DNA of 49,759 bases, from contig NC_068991.1 of assembly GCF_001194135.2 (NCBI RefSeq), forward strand, positions 58,024,655 to 58,074,413. Direction: 5' to 3'. How positions within the stretch are numbered: position 1 is the first letter of the stretch; each line of letters begins with the position of its first letter. The notes under the pieces were generated by a model, which made no database searches, had not been told where the DNA came from, and worked only from the letters and a program-made list of their open reading frames with translations. The position numbers and the translations under genes are program-made. The stretch is from Octopus bimaculoides (Eukaryota). Shown piece after piece: positions 1 through 12,055 of this stretch.

Positions 1-735
1 ATATATATATATATATATATATATAAATGTATAGGTATGTATGTGTACGCATCGCATGCGTTTGTGTGTATATGTATAAACATATATCATTGTCGTATAA
101 TCAGCGTTTACAGAAGGCCATCGTTGAATATGTAACTAAGAGATAATATAATATTAGTTTAATGTATAACTTAAAACGGGTCGTATCACTCAATTCGCAA
201 TTACTTCCTCGCTAATATTCCGTCCACAATTTCTCAATGAATTTACAATACTTATTTTGCTATGAGACGTTTACAATACTCAATATCAGATATTAGTTTC
301 TGACCATGAGAAATACTGTACGCAGTACCGTCTACCCACAGCGATTGAAGAGCTGGAAGAACAAACGATCTACATCGGTTCATGAGTGCATGTGTACTGA
401 ATGTTTCGTTCGCTGACAGATGAACATATAAAACTAATACGTTGATATTGCGTTATGAGTTTAGTTTTGCGATTGTAACGTTGAAAATTTATTGAGCAGT
501 ATATAGAAAAAGTGATAGATAAATTTTTGTTCCTTAGAATTTCAATATTGAATATCATATACTTAGGAGCCAAGCTACTGCTGAGAGAAACAGAGAATCA
601 CACAAACATATGCAGGAGTAAATCTTGCTTTGCTTACAATACTTTCCTTCTATTCAGAATGTCAACAAATCTATTATCACGTGATGCTTTATTTTGAAGA
701 AGTACAAAAGGAAAGTTGTGCATTGTTATATATCC

Positions 736-1110
736 CTACCAAATGATTCCGGGCTCAGTCCCACTGCCTGGCACTTTGCACAAGTGTCTCCAACTGTAGC
801 TGCGTACCGACAAAGTATTTGGTAGATACAAGCTAAAATAAGACCGCCGTTTATATGTGTAAATGTTTGTGTGCGTATGTGTTTTTTTGTGTGTCTTTAA
901 GTTTGTGTTTGTTGCCCCACCAGCTACTCTCAATCAGTATTGTTGTTCTCAAGTCCCCGTAAATTAGCGGTTCGGCAAAAAGAATGTTAGAATTAGTACC
1001 ACGCATAAAAAGAAAGAAAAAAAACATAAATAAAGTACTGGATTCGATTCATTTGACTTCACATTCTTCAAGGCAGTGACCCAACATTGTCGCAGTCCAG
1101 TAGCTGAAAC
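736..1110 (+). mobile_element. SINE family A (tRNA-like head, CORE-like middle, internal microsatellite), old diverged copy
   Basis: Matches the window's other family-A copies: ttccgggctcagtcccactg...gcacaagtgtctc...(GT)n...ccccgtaaattagcggttcggcaaaa...gctgaaac. Confidence 0.7.
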
Positions 1111-1135
1111 ATATTTATATATGTATACACGCGCG

Positions 1136-1180
<45 letters not shown>

Positions 1181-1283
1181 CGTGCGTACTGCAACCATCT
1201 TTGAAATCCGTGTTGCTTATTTTGATTTTACATACATATATATGTATATACATGTATATACATATATAAATACATATACATAC

Positions 1284-1319
<36 letters not shown>

Positions 1320-1371
1320 ATATATATATTACTAAATGAATAGATATTCGAAAATATTTATAAAGATATCA

Positions 1372-1703
1372 TTACGTCCGCCTTATCGTGGGCGGAGGCA
1401 TTGTTTTCAGTCGTGTTTGTTTGTCCGTGGACAAGATATCTCAAGAACCGCTGGATGGATTCAGATGAAACTTTCAGGGATGTTTGGCCTCGTGACTGGC
1501 ACGCACTGATTATAGCTTGGGATCGATTCTGGATTCCAGTTCCGGACAAAGATTCTGGAATTTTTTTATTTTTCTTACTTAATTTTTGAGAGCGGTCTGG
1601 TTCATTTTTAGTATTCTCATTTAAAAAATCATCTCTGGCTAATCGTTGAGAGGACATTGGTGTTGCCTTGGCGGAGGTTTGAGATGTCTCAGTGCTCTTG
1701 TTA
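1372..1703 (+). mobile_element. Non-autonomous Helentron/Helitron2-like element (DINE-1/HINE architecture)
   Basis: 5' subterminal acgtccgcc (1374-1382) has an adjacent partial inverted repeat ggcggagg (1391-1398). The 3' subterminal ggcggaggt (1670-1678) is followed by a short hairpin gaga-tg-tctc. Both ends have TT, and there is no coding capacity. Confidence 0.6.
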
Positions 1704-2140
1704 TTAATTATAATATGTATGTGTTTGTGTGCGCGTGTGTATGGGGTGGGGACTGTATGTATGTTGTCGCATGTAATGCAATTCCTTTACATTAAAACAA
1801 ATTACATTTAGATTCTTTAGCTTTGAGAAAAATAATTTCCTTAAAAAGATTTCTTTCTTTTTAGTACGTATATGTGTTATACATTTATATATAATTTTTA
1901 TCGTATTTACTCTCTTTTCATCCCATTTATGTTATTTATTTACTCAGAGACAAGAAGAAAAAAACCTGATACTCTATTTGATTATGTTCCTATTTATTTA
2001 TTAATACTGTGATAACTTTATTTATCAATATAGAATATGCATAGACACTGACTAACAAACACATATATGTATATGTGCCTGTATGTGTGTACATATACAC
2101 ACACAGAATTATAAACACAAGCTAAAAGATAGATAGATGG

Positions 2141-2180
<40 letters not shown>

Positions 2181-3136
2181 NNNNNNNNNNNNNNNNNNNN
2201 NNNNNNNNNNNNNNNNNNNNNNNNNNNNNNNNNNNNNNNNNNNNNNNNNNNNNNNNNNNNNNNNNNNNNNNNNNNNNNNNNNNNNNNNNNNNNNNNNNNN
2301 NNNNNNNNNNNNNNNNNNNNNNNNNNNNNNNNNNNNNNNNNNNNNNNNNNNNNNNNNNNNNNNNNNNNNNNNNNNNNNNNNNNNNNNNNNNNNNNNNNNN
2401 NNNNNNNNNNNNNNNNNNNNNNNNNNNNNNNNNNNNNNNNNNNNNNNNNNNNNNNNNNNNNNNTATATATATATATATATATGCATATGCATACATATAT
2501 GAATACATACATGCATATATCCGTATATGCATACATACTACCATTCCCCATCATTGCGTCTGTCTAAAGTGGAAATGGTGGGGGGGGGGCACTGTAGCAT
2601 TCCCTATAACGGTAACGCCAAAGACACGGCCGTTTTCTTTTTCCTTTTTTACTTATACGATACTTGATATTCTGTAGCTGGTTGATATATTAGAAGGAGA
2701 GCGTGATTTGACAAATCTACTTCAGAATGGTTTGGGGAAATCTCTATTTGAATTAGTGTAACGATGCCAATAGTGGTTAATAGAATTGGAAAAAATTCTA
2801 CTTGATAAACAGCATCTATACCTGTTTACATATTGGCTGCTCAGCGTATTAAAATCGACCAATAATTGATTCGATGGATGGCTTTCATATCTCCAGAGCA
2901 TGTATAAATATGTTTTACAGCGAAGCATTTCAAGTGAGATAAGCAATTTGTTATGCAGACTCACTTAGATAAAATTACCAACGATCTCAGACTTGTACAA
3001 CATTTTTCGAATGTAAACTAAATAGATTTAGTTTATGGAGTAAAGTGCTTCTTATATGCAACCTCGAATTCTAGCTCTTCTTATTATTATTTCACCGTGC
3101 TCCTGTATGTCGTTGTGTTTGTGAGTGAGTATCTAT

Positions 3137-3195
<59 letters not shown>

Positions 3196-3411
3196 TGTGC
3201 GAATGTGGCTGTGCACGCGTTTGTGGTGTCTGATATGACTACTCTATAAATTGCTACATGTCTTGTTCTTCTTTTTCTTGTTTTTCTTCTTCCTTTTCTT
3301 CTTTCTTCTTTTTCCTCTTCTTAGCATGCCGGGCTCAATGCCTAGCAGCATTTTCTCTGTTGTAGGTTCGAATTCCGCCGAGGTCTACTTTGCCATACCT
3401 CCTTACATCTT

Positions 3412-4086
3412 TTGAGTATCTCAACAGGCATGATTGAAGCAGCACAATATATTCACGGGATAATTTGCAAAGACTTGGACCTGCCCCATTATAAAAACTG
3501 GTGGGAACACAAACCCCCGCCAGTGCTTCAAAATGGCCACATCTCACTCCTTTGAAATTTCACCGTTCAAACTAACAGAAAGATAGATGCAAATAGGCCA
3601 GGCATTATATCAAAGGATTACAGACAAAAATCATGCTTCCTCATCGATATGATTCTCCCAATCGACAAAAATGTCTCTGTCAAGATCTACGGAAAACAGG
3701 GCAATTACAAATATCTTGAAATAGAAATTGGCAAAATGCGGAACCTCAAGACTGAAACAGTACTAGGAAATACAACATTGGAAGAAATTCAACAGAGTGC
3801 TTATGAGAACTGCCTACATCCTACGTAAAATATTGTCTATGTAATCCCCAAAATATTTTAATCCGTATACAGCATTAAAATACTTTTTAATGTACATAAC
3901 AGCAAACACATTTTACTGTCATCTTATAATCAAATTACTTTTAAAGCAAACTTCTAATTTATCTAAGTTTTGACAGACATTTTCTAGAACAATACTCTCT
4001 GCAAAACCGAATATATGGCACCCTAGTCATAACACCGACTTGAACTTTTTCTATGGGTGAGACATGGAGTCAACTTGCACAAGAAC

Positions 4087-4087
<1 letters not shown>
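3412..4087 (+). mobile_element. 3' fragment of an R4/Dong-clade non-LTR retrotransposon (restriction-like endonuclease domain plus 3' UTR), pseudogenised
   Basis: Manual translation: YLNRHD/AAQYIHGIICKDLDLPHYKNWWEHKPPPVLQNGHISLL*NFTVQTNRKIDANRPGIISKDYRQKSCFLIDMILPIDKN...EIEIGKM...TAYILRKILSM* (stop at 3842-3844). This fits the RH..W.EH.P..V..N...NRPD..LID..P and TA.ILRK.L pattern of R4-type RLE domains. The fragment ends at an (AAT)n tract. Confidence 0.8.
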
Positions 4088-4151
<64 letters not shown>

Positions 4152-4378
4152 TGATGATGATGAGGAGGAGGAGGAGGAGGAGGAGGAGGTGGATGATAAT
4201 AAGAAATAGGAGGAGGAGTAGGAGGAGGAGAAAGAGGGGTGAAGAAGAAGAAGAAGAAGAAGAAGAAGAAGAAGAAGAAGAAGAAGAAGAAGAAGAAGAA
4301 GAAGAAGAAGAAGAAGAAGAAGAAGAAGAAGAAGAAGAAGAAGAAGAAGAAGAAGAAGAAGAAGAAGAAGAAGAAGAA
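4088..4378. repeat. Compound trinucleotide array (AAT)n-(GAT)n-(GAG)n-(GAA)46
   Basis: Read directly; the pure GAA run spans 4241-4378. Confidence 0.95.
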
Positions 4379-4380
4379 AT

Positions 4381-4470
4381 ATAAAATTTGGAAAAGTGAT
4401 CATTAGTCGTGGAATATTCCAAGGTGATTCCTTATCTCCATTACTATTCGTATTGGCCTCGAGACAGTTC
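4381..4470 (+). mobile_element. Short reverse transcriptase fragment (non-LTR, R4-like motif)
   Basis: Translates to IKFGKVIISRGIFQGDSLSPLLFVLA, the RGIFQGDSLSP RT motif. Confidence 0.7.
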
Positions 4471-5031
4471 ATCACCGAATCATCTTTAAGATTTTCAATT
4501 AAAAGAAAGGAACCATTAAAATAAAATGTTAAAAATTAAAGCTGAAAGAAATTCTAACGGTGTGGATGTCTGTTCGGTGGATCTCAATAGCCAAGGAAGT
4601 GAAACACGAGCTATAGTTTCAATACCGCCCTCTGGGTCTCATACTGAATAAGACAGGCATTACAGGCTGAAGGAGTCGCACTGATCTGACACTAAACTAG
4701 TTGCTTAATCAGTGCGTGTAGTCTTGTCCAGCAAAACCATTTAAAACTCCATTGAGACCAACCATCGCTGTTGTGAACGACAACGATGTCTTGTGTTTAG
4801 GTTGTTGAAGCTACGTAAAAGTATTCGTTCCGGATTCTCTCTTTGAATTTGCCAGCATGGATGGCCTTATCAGGAGTTCCTCGCAACCGACATCATCGTA
4901 CATGGAGTCACTGTGCCACACTCCGCTCCACCACGTAAAGGAATGATTACGACACGCACAAGACAGAGACAAAGAAACGCACAAAACACAAACACACTCA
5001 AACTTACACGCACGCGTCCACACACAAACGC

Positions 5032-5069
<38 letters not shown>

Positions 5070-6503
5070 NNNNNNNNNNNNNNNNNNNNNNNNNNNNNNN
5101 NNNNNNNNNNNNNNNNNNNNNNNNNNNNNNNNNNNNNNNNNNNNNNNNNNNNNNNNNNNNNNNNNNNNNNNNNNNNNNNNNNNNNNNNNNNNNNNNNNNN
5201 NNNNNNNNNNNNNNNNNNNNNNNNNNNNNNNNNNNNNNNNNNNNNNNNNNNNNNNNNNNNNNNNNNNNNNNNNNNNNNNNNNNNNNNNNNNNNNNNNNNN
5301 NNNNNNNNNNNNNNNNNNNNNNNNNNNNNNNNNNNNNNNNNNNNNNNNNNNNNNNNNNNNNNNNNNNNNNNNNNNNNNNNNNNNNNNNNNNNNNNNNNNN
5401 NNNNNNNNNNNNNNNNNNNNNNNNNNNNNNNNNNNNNNNNNNNNNNNNNNNNNNNNNNNNNNNNNNNNNNNNNNNNNNNNNNNNNNNNNNNNNNNNNNNN
5501 NNNNNNNNNNNNNNNNNNNNNNNNNNNNNNNNNNNNNNNNNNNNNNNNNNNNNNNNNNNNNNNNNNNNNNNNNNNNNNNNNNNNNNNNNNNNNNNNNNNN
5601 NNNNNNNNNNNNNNNNNNNNNNNNNNNNNNNNNNNNNNNNNNNNNNNNNNNNNNNNNNNNNNNNNNNNNNNNNNNNNNNNNNNNNNNNNNNNNNNNNNNN
5701 NNNNNNNNNNNNNNNNNNNNNNNNNNNNNNNNNNNNNNNNNNNNNNNNNNNNNNNNNNNNNNNNNNNNNNNNNNNNNNNNNNNNNNNNNNNNNNNNNNNN
5801 NNNNNNNNNNNNNNNNNNNNNNNNNNNNNNNNNNNNNNNNNNNNNNNNNNNNNNNNNNNNNNNNNNNNNNNNNNNNNNNNNNNNNNNNNNNNNNNNNNNN
5901 NNNNNNNNNNNNNNNNNNNNNNNNNNNNNNNNNNNNNNNNNNNNNNNNNNNNNNNNNNNNNNNNTACATACATATATACATACAAACACGCACACACACG
6001 CACACACACTTACGCACACACACACACACACACGCACACACACACATATATACAAATGCACTTCACCGCAAGATCATTGATACTGTATATATAAATTTGG
6101 AGAAAAGCGTCATAAAGAAAATATCAAAAGACAAACAAGCTCGAATAATTAAAAATAATGTTACGGAAATATATTCTTGTACATTTATTATGTGTAAACA
6201 TTTTCTTTTGGAAAGCGATTATTAAAACCGCTTGCAAAATACAAAAGGAATAGGATACAATATGCGATGATACATATAAGTACAAGTAACACGATAAAGT
6301 ACTTGGGAATTAAGTCCCATATAAAAATCATACATATTCATAGAGATACACACACACACACGCACATATGTATATGATATATAATCTATAATATATATAA
6401 ATATATAAATGCTTATATGTAAACATGCATTAAAAAAAACTGACAATATATACATAGATATATACGCATATATATATGTATATCTTCTACTTATCTATCT
6501 ATA

Positions 6504-6536
<33 letters not shown>

Positions 6537-6852
6537 GTATGTATGTATGTGTGTATGTGTGTATGTGCATTCGCATGCACATACATATCTCGCCTTCTCT
6601 CTCTCTCTACCTGTATATATAGCGATATATGTGTGTGTACGTATATACGCACTTAGATATGAACATCTATGCGCACATAAATATAAACATACACATAGAT
6701 ACACACACATACACACAAACGCACACACATTTATATTACAGATCACGTGGAGTGGGAAATATATTATTTGATTGTATTGATAAGATGAAGATCATTACGC
6801 AGAAAATCCGTGGTTGTCACATGATCAGTCTTGCACTTCCTGTCCTTCTCAG

Positions 6853-6960
6853 ATCTGCTGGGAAATTAAGAACAACAAAAAAACTTCACCTTTGATCTAC
6901 GTCTCGAGAGAAGTGAATATAAGGAGATCGAATCTACTGACAATCACTGCTTTATCTCAG
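6853..6960 (+). CDS. Candidate 108-nt phase-0 internal exon, unknown product
   Basis: Pyrimidine-rich acceptor tcttgcacttcctgtccttctcAG, donor CAG|GTATTT, and an open frame ICWEIKNNKKTSPLIYVSREVNIRRSNLLTITALSQ. No homology recognised. Confidence 0.2.
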
Positions 6961-7386
6961 GTATTTAACATTTATTGTGTTTTTTTTTTCTTTTCTACAA
7001 TGAATCAGATCGTATGCTCACCAGTGAATATCAATTACAGTATACATACTCATACGCAAAGTAAAGTGTGTTTACGTATGTCTGTGTGTGAGTAGGTACG
7101 CAAAGATATGCATATATATATNNNNNNNNNNNNNNNNNNNNNNNNNNNNNNNNNNNNNNNNNNNNNNNNNNNNNNNNNNNNNNNNNNNNNNNNNNNNNNN
7201 NNNNNNNNNNNNNNNNNNNNNNNNNNNNNNNNNNNNNNNNNNNNNNNNNNNNNNNNNNNNNNNNNNNNNNNNNNNNNNNNNNNNNNNNNNNNNNNNNNNN
7301 NNNNNNTATATATATATTTATATATTTATATACTTACACATACGTATATATATATGTATATGTATCTATGCGTATGTGTATATATG

Positions 7387-7419
<33 letters not shown>

Positions 7420-7454
7420 CTGTGTGTGTGTGGGTGTGTGTGTGTGTGATGAAG

Positions 7455-7695
7455 TCATATGACCTAGTGGTTAAGCTGTAGCCCTGATCCTCGCTTGATC
7501 GCAGGTCCGATTCTCTGACTCGGCGGCGTGCTGTGTTCTTGAATCAGCCAAAGTTTTCATTTCACATTGCTCCAATCCCACTTTGATCAGTGAGAAATTT
7601 TGGCCTGCTCGCCTAGCCAGCGATGTGGCGTCATTTTAATGCAAAAGTGCGTTGTGACCAACAATGTGTAACATTTGATAGCCTGGGAGGTCACG

Positions 7696-7700
<5 letters not shown>
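7455..7700 (+). mobile_element. tRNA-headed SINE, family-B-like head with a different 3' tail, diverged
   Basis: A-box-like gacctagtggtta. The middle tgtgttcttga...tttcacattgctcca matches the reverse complement of the family-B middle at 21.8 and 25.3 kb. The tail ends ggtcacgtgat(TA)n. Confidence 0.55.
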
Positions 7701-7755
<55 letters not shown>

Positions 7756-8164
7756 TTTCACCTATGACATCTTCTTTGCTGTTTGCGCAGCGTATTTTCT
7801 TATCCGCAAACAAAAGACCTAAACGTACGTCATTTTCTTTCCGTTTTAATTTTATCCTAAGAACTGTATACGTACATAATTCACACAAAATTCAAATTGA
7901 AAAATGCGTTGATCTTCCCATGCAGAAAAAAAAGATGTATGTCATATGTTTCTGTCGCGTGATAAAACAGATCAGGTGATTAAACATAACCAGATGAAAA
8001 ACACTACCAACTTTTTATCAAACTAACATATATATATGTATATATATGATATGCTCCGTGACGCACAGTATGTTTTCCATTGAGAAAGAAGCTCACTCAA
8101 ACACCTTCTGAGCAATGTGACAGAGTATCGAAAGCAATTACGAATCACTCAAACGTACATATAC

Positions 8165-8995
8165 TATGTCACGATTTTTCAAAGGCATTTGAGAAGGTTG
8201 GTCACAGGATGATATGTCTCAAGGTACGAATACTCAGCATAGGGGATACTTTTTAAAACACAGAAGCCCGGGTGCAGCAAACCACTGAATCTCCTTACAA
8301 GGATAAATTACTATCAAGTGATGTGCCTTAAGGAACTTCTCTTCGGGTCGTAGCTATTTGTAATGGCTCTCTCAGACATGCCATCAATTATTCAGTTAAC
8401 CACTCTTACTAGCTACGCCGACGGCACAACAGTAGCGCAAGCTAATCTTCTACAGAAATATCTTGATAACTTATACAAATGGGAGGAAGAAAACAAAATG
8501 CCATTTAATGTAAGAAAAATCCAAATCTCCGCTATCAACTAATTTGTGCTAACACGCCGCAACAAAATTAACCTAGTTCGAAAGAAGCAGCAATCCTAGA
8601 GTCACATATTGTGCGTGATCTGGAGATTGTTATGAGCAACGATACATCATTTCATGCAGTTCTCCTCAGATCGTGGCAATGTGAAGGCGTATTCCCGGAT
8701 GGATTCTGAGAAGTTTCAAGACTAGGGATCAGGAAACTAATGCTTGTCCTATGGAGAAGATTTGTTCTCAGATGACTTGAGAGATTATTACTCTCAATTC
8801 CGGTGATCGATTGTACAGTGTCAATATAATAGCGCAACGTTAGGGGGTTCAGCGGTCCTACACAAAGAAGATTGCCTCAATAAAGCGCTTGAGCGTCTCT
8901 GAGGGACGAAATGAATAACGATTCTATTTCCTAGAGTAAAGGCAGGAGAGATATACGTGATATACATATGGAAAATACTAGAGGAGCTGGTACCG
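8165..8995 (+). mobile_element. Decayed CR1/L2-like LINE reverse transcriptase fragment
   Basis: Frame-broken motifs occur in the expected order: DF-KAFEKVGH, S.VP.GT, MALSDMPSIIQLTTLTSYADGT (YADDT-like), LQKYLDNLYKWEEENKMPFN, RDLEIVMSND, WILRSFKTRD, GVQRSYTKKI, IWKILE. Confidence 0.8.
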
Positions 8996-9799
8996 AAGTT
9001 TGGTTACATCAAGAGTTATGCCAGCTACCACGAAAATAACCGAAAAACATGTTTATAAACAAAAGTTGTTTACTTCATACTCCTTCTGTACCCATAAGAG
9101 AGAAACAAATAATACAATGTGGCTGCAGATCATAACACCCGGGCAACGACAGGATGCATTGCTAGTACATAAATATATGTATACCAAGATGCATACATAC
9201 ATACATATACACACGTTCACACATACACACGCAGACACAGACACAAATAAATACGAATGTGTGTGTGTGCGTGCGTGCGTGTGTGTGTGTGAGTTCGCGC
9301 GCGCGCAGATACGCTTTCATTCTCGCTTTTATTTGTCTAAATCTCTAAATCTGTTTTTCAATATGGTTTCTTTTCCTAAGAGACCGACATCCGTATTACC
9401 TCCACGGTTACAATACTTCGCTTAATCGCTTAATCATTCTCTCACTATATTTATCTTATAAAATCAATAGCACTAAATCTCTGCGTGTCTGCACAACGCT
9501 CCCCTGATCTTTTTTTAAACTCTGTTGTGTGGTCTGCTGTTTGTCTCATTCAATATATTTGTTAAATACACTTCACATACGTACATAGATTTACGTATGC
9601 CCATACTCAAACACTCACACACATTTTTATATGTAGTATACATATACATACATATATATATATATTTATATGGAGTAACCACCTAAGGAAAGCAATTCCT
9701 TCAAAGGGGTGTGCAAAACATCCAATACCACTCGTACGTTAGTTGAATACCACATAAATTATTGGATTGTCAATTGTATCCCTCTAATTTATTGTTTAC

Positions 9800-9843
<44 letters not shown>

Positions 9844-9919
9844 CATATCATACCTGTCTATCTATTATCTATCTATATCCCTCTCCCGCACTCTTCCTCT
9901 CTCTTTCTCTCCCCCAATC

Positions 9920-10011
<92 letters not shown>

Positions 10012-10388
10012 ATAAGATATTTTTCCTTATAATCATATACACTTTGCTCGATAGACCGCTTCAGATAGACGGAAGACATGGAGAAACGATTCTTAAGCAT
10101 CTCTGCTAAATAATATCCGAATTCCACCAAGGCATACGATTATGGAAGTCCTAGTGCAGACGACCAATGAATTCATTAATAGAATGAAATGCTAAGCATT
10201 ATTTATATGACTTTAAACCAAAATCAAAACAACCTGAGCAGACTAATGAATTGGATACGTATAACCCGAAATCGTATTTTAAAAAAATCCTTCAAATCCT
10301 CTGTTAGTAAATTTTGAGAAGGATCGTATGTGTATAATAAAATACATACAATGTTTGTAACGTCCTCATTCCAGAATGTATGGTGGTA

Positions 10389-11519
10389 AATCTTTTGCAT
10401 CTCACACTCATTTTAAATACAAACTAATACTACCCATTTCACAAGCCTGACCAAACGTTGCAGTATATAAACGTCCTTTCAAATCATTCTAGAATAACCC
10501 TTGACAGCGTAATTACAGGCATTTCAATAAAAAAAGAACTCAAATTTATCAGCTAATGAAGAGATGTTTAATACCCACGCTCCTTCCTATAATCAGGCTC
10601 TACATTTAAACGGATTCCGAGAGAAAATTCTATATCTGTGATACTAAATTGAAAAACAATATAGCAAATCAGTTCCCGAAACTACTCTTGGCATGGCCTT
10701 CATTTCAAACCAACCAAACAGACCCATAAGATCACAGCATAAGCCTTCCAGAATTTATAGTAATTATGAATCTCCTCTTCATTACCAATCCAATGTAACA
10801 TCATATGGAATCCTATGGTACCCTTCCCACTTTTCTCTACAGGTTAAAACCTTTCCTAATTATTTTTTAAAATTCTGAAATCAAACTTTCCGCAGCATCA
10901 TAGATTCCACTTTATATTTAACAAATCATCAGTCAAGTTATCTTACTCACCAAATTTAGGAAATATAATAGATGTAAAATTCAGCTTCAGGTTAGTACAC
11001 ACGACAAACCTTTCACAGCGCTCCATATTAGTTATAAAAAATAGCACGACTAATATAAATGGTGGAACAAAAGAGAAAACTTATAACTGTCGTATATCTA
11101 ATGCATGCCCACTTGGGGGCTTCTGTCTGCGTAAAAATTTAGTTTATAAATGTCTTGTGGAAACAACAAATCAACACCAAGCAAGGACTTACTTAGGAAG
11201 CACCATAGATTTTAAATGGCGATATAGGGCTCACTTAAATTCTTTCAATAAGATAAAGTACAAATTCTCGACATCATTAACCACACACATACATGACCTT
11301 AATTCACAAAACTTACAATATACACTGGCTTGGTCCATTATAAAACCAGCTCCTCTTTATAATACAAAGATAAGCAAATACAAGCTATGCTTAAAAGAGT
11401 CTTCAATTATTCTCCGCCTACATAACTCTTCGATATTAAATACATTTTCCGATGCTGTCTACTCTTGCAAATATAGGTTTTACTCAACATTTATGCATTA
11501 TGATTCCGGACAGAGATGA
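10389..11519 (+). mobile_element. Penelope-like element: RT thumb/linker plus GIY-YIG endonuclease, pseudogenised; probably extends upstream to about 10050
   Basis: NLLHLTLILNTN*YYPFHKPDQTLQYINVLSNHS, FNTHAPSYNQALHLNGF, ILWYPSHFS, VKLSYS, then an open frame NCRISNACPLGGFCLRKNLVYKCLVE...YLGSTIDFKWRYRAHLNSF...TSLTTHIHDL...WSII...KLCLKE. This is the standard PLE CxCxxxxCPL and VY/YLG GIY-YIG layout. Confidence 0.85.
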
Positions 11520-11751
11520 GAATCAGCCTTCACACCAATTGAGACCTTTTCTGTAAAGTTCTTCAACACACACCACCTCTACCTATAGAACCATCATCAG
11601 CCTTATTTTATCCTGCGTTACATCTTCTCTTCCAACCACTCAAAAACAATTCCACTCCCTGATCTTTTGCATATAACTCTAAAACAACACTCAGTAGGCA
11701 ATTCCCATTAAAAAGTAGTACATGTTAGCCATTTTTAGAAACTTCTTTGCC

Positions 11752-11833
11752 CTGATGAAGGTAGACGTGTCCTATAATGAATGTAAATATTTTTTATATG
11801 ACAAGTCAACGGAATACCCAGAAACGGCTATAA
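11752..11833 (+). ncRNA. Possible degenerate hammerhead ribozyme core in the Penelope 3' pseudo-LTR
   Basis: CTGATGA-A-GGTA...TACC-CA-GAAAC-GGCT-ATA lies about 230 bp after the GIY-YIG stop. Stem I is not evident, and the cleavage triplet would be mutated. Confidence 0.25.
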
Positions 11834-11941
11834 GATTATTAACTGGATTAGCAATACCTAAACATTTTTATCACTTCGTTTTGTAATGTGTAAGTCGACC
11901 TATATATGTATTTATTATTTCCAATATATTGTTAACGTAAA

Positions 11942-12055
11942 GCGGTGTACTGGCAGAATCGGTTGCACCCCGGGAGAAATACTTAGCGGTATTTCGTCAG
12001 CCATTACGTTCTGAGTGCAAATTACGTCGTGGTTGTCATTTACTTTCGAGGTCAT
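11942..12055 (+). mobile_element. SINE family C head fragment
   Basis: gcggtgtactggcagaatcg...cttagcggtatttcg...ttctgagtgcaaatt matches the family-C head. Confidence 0.7.

Noticed and set aside
1129-1140. (CG)6 runs inside alternating purine-pyrimidine tracts (also about 9297 and 14537), potential Z-DNA
   Set aside because: They are ordinary by-products of (CA)n/(TA)n microsatellite mutation, and nothing singles these out as functional.
4023-4475. Poly-L/S/E/I/R ORFs, and similar poly-D/M/I ORFs at 42783-43230 and 48798-49292
   Set aside because: They are translations of trinucleotide tracts, open in several frames on both strands, with no codon-level evidence of function.
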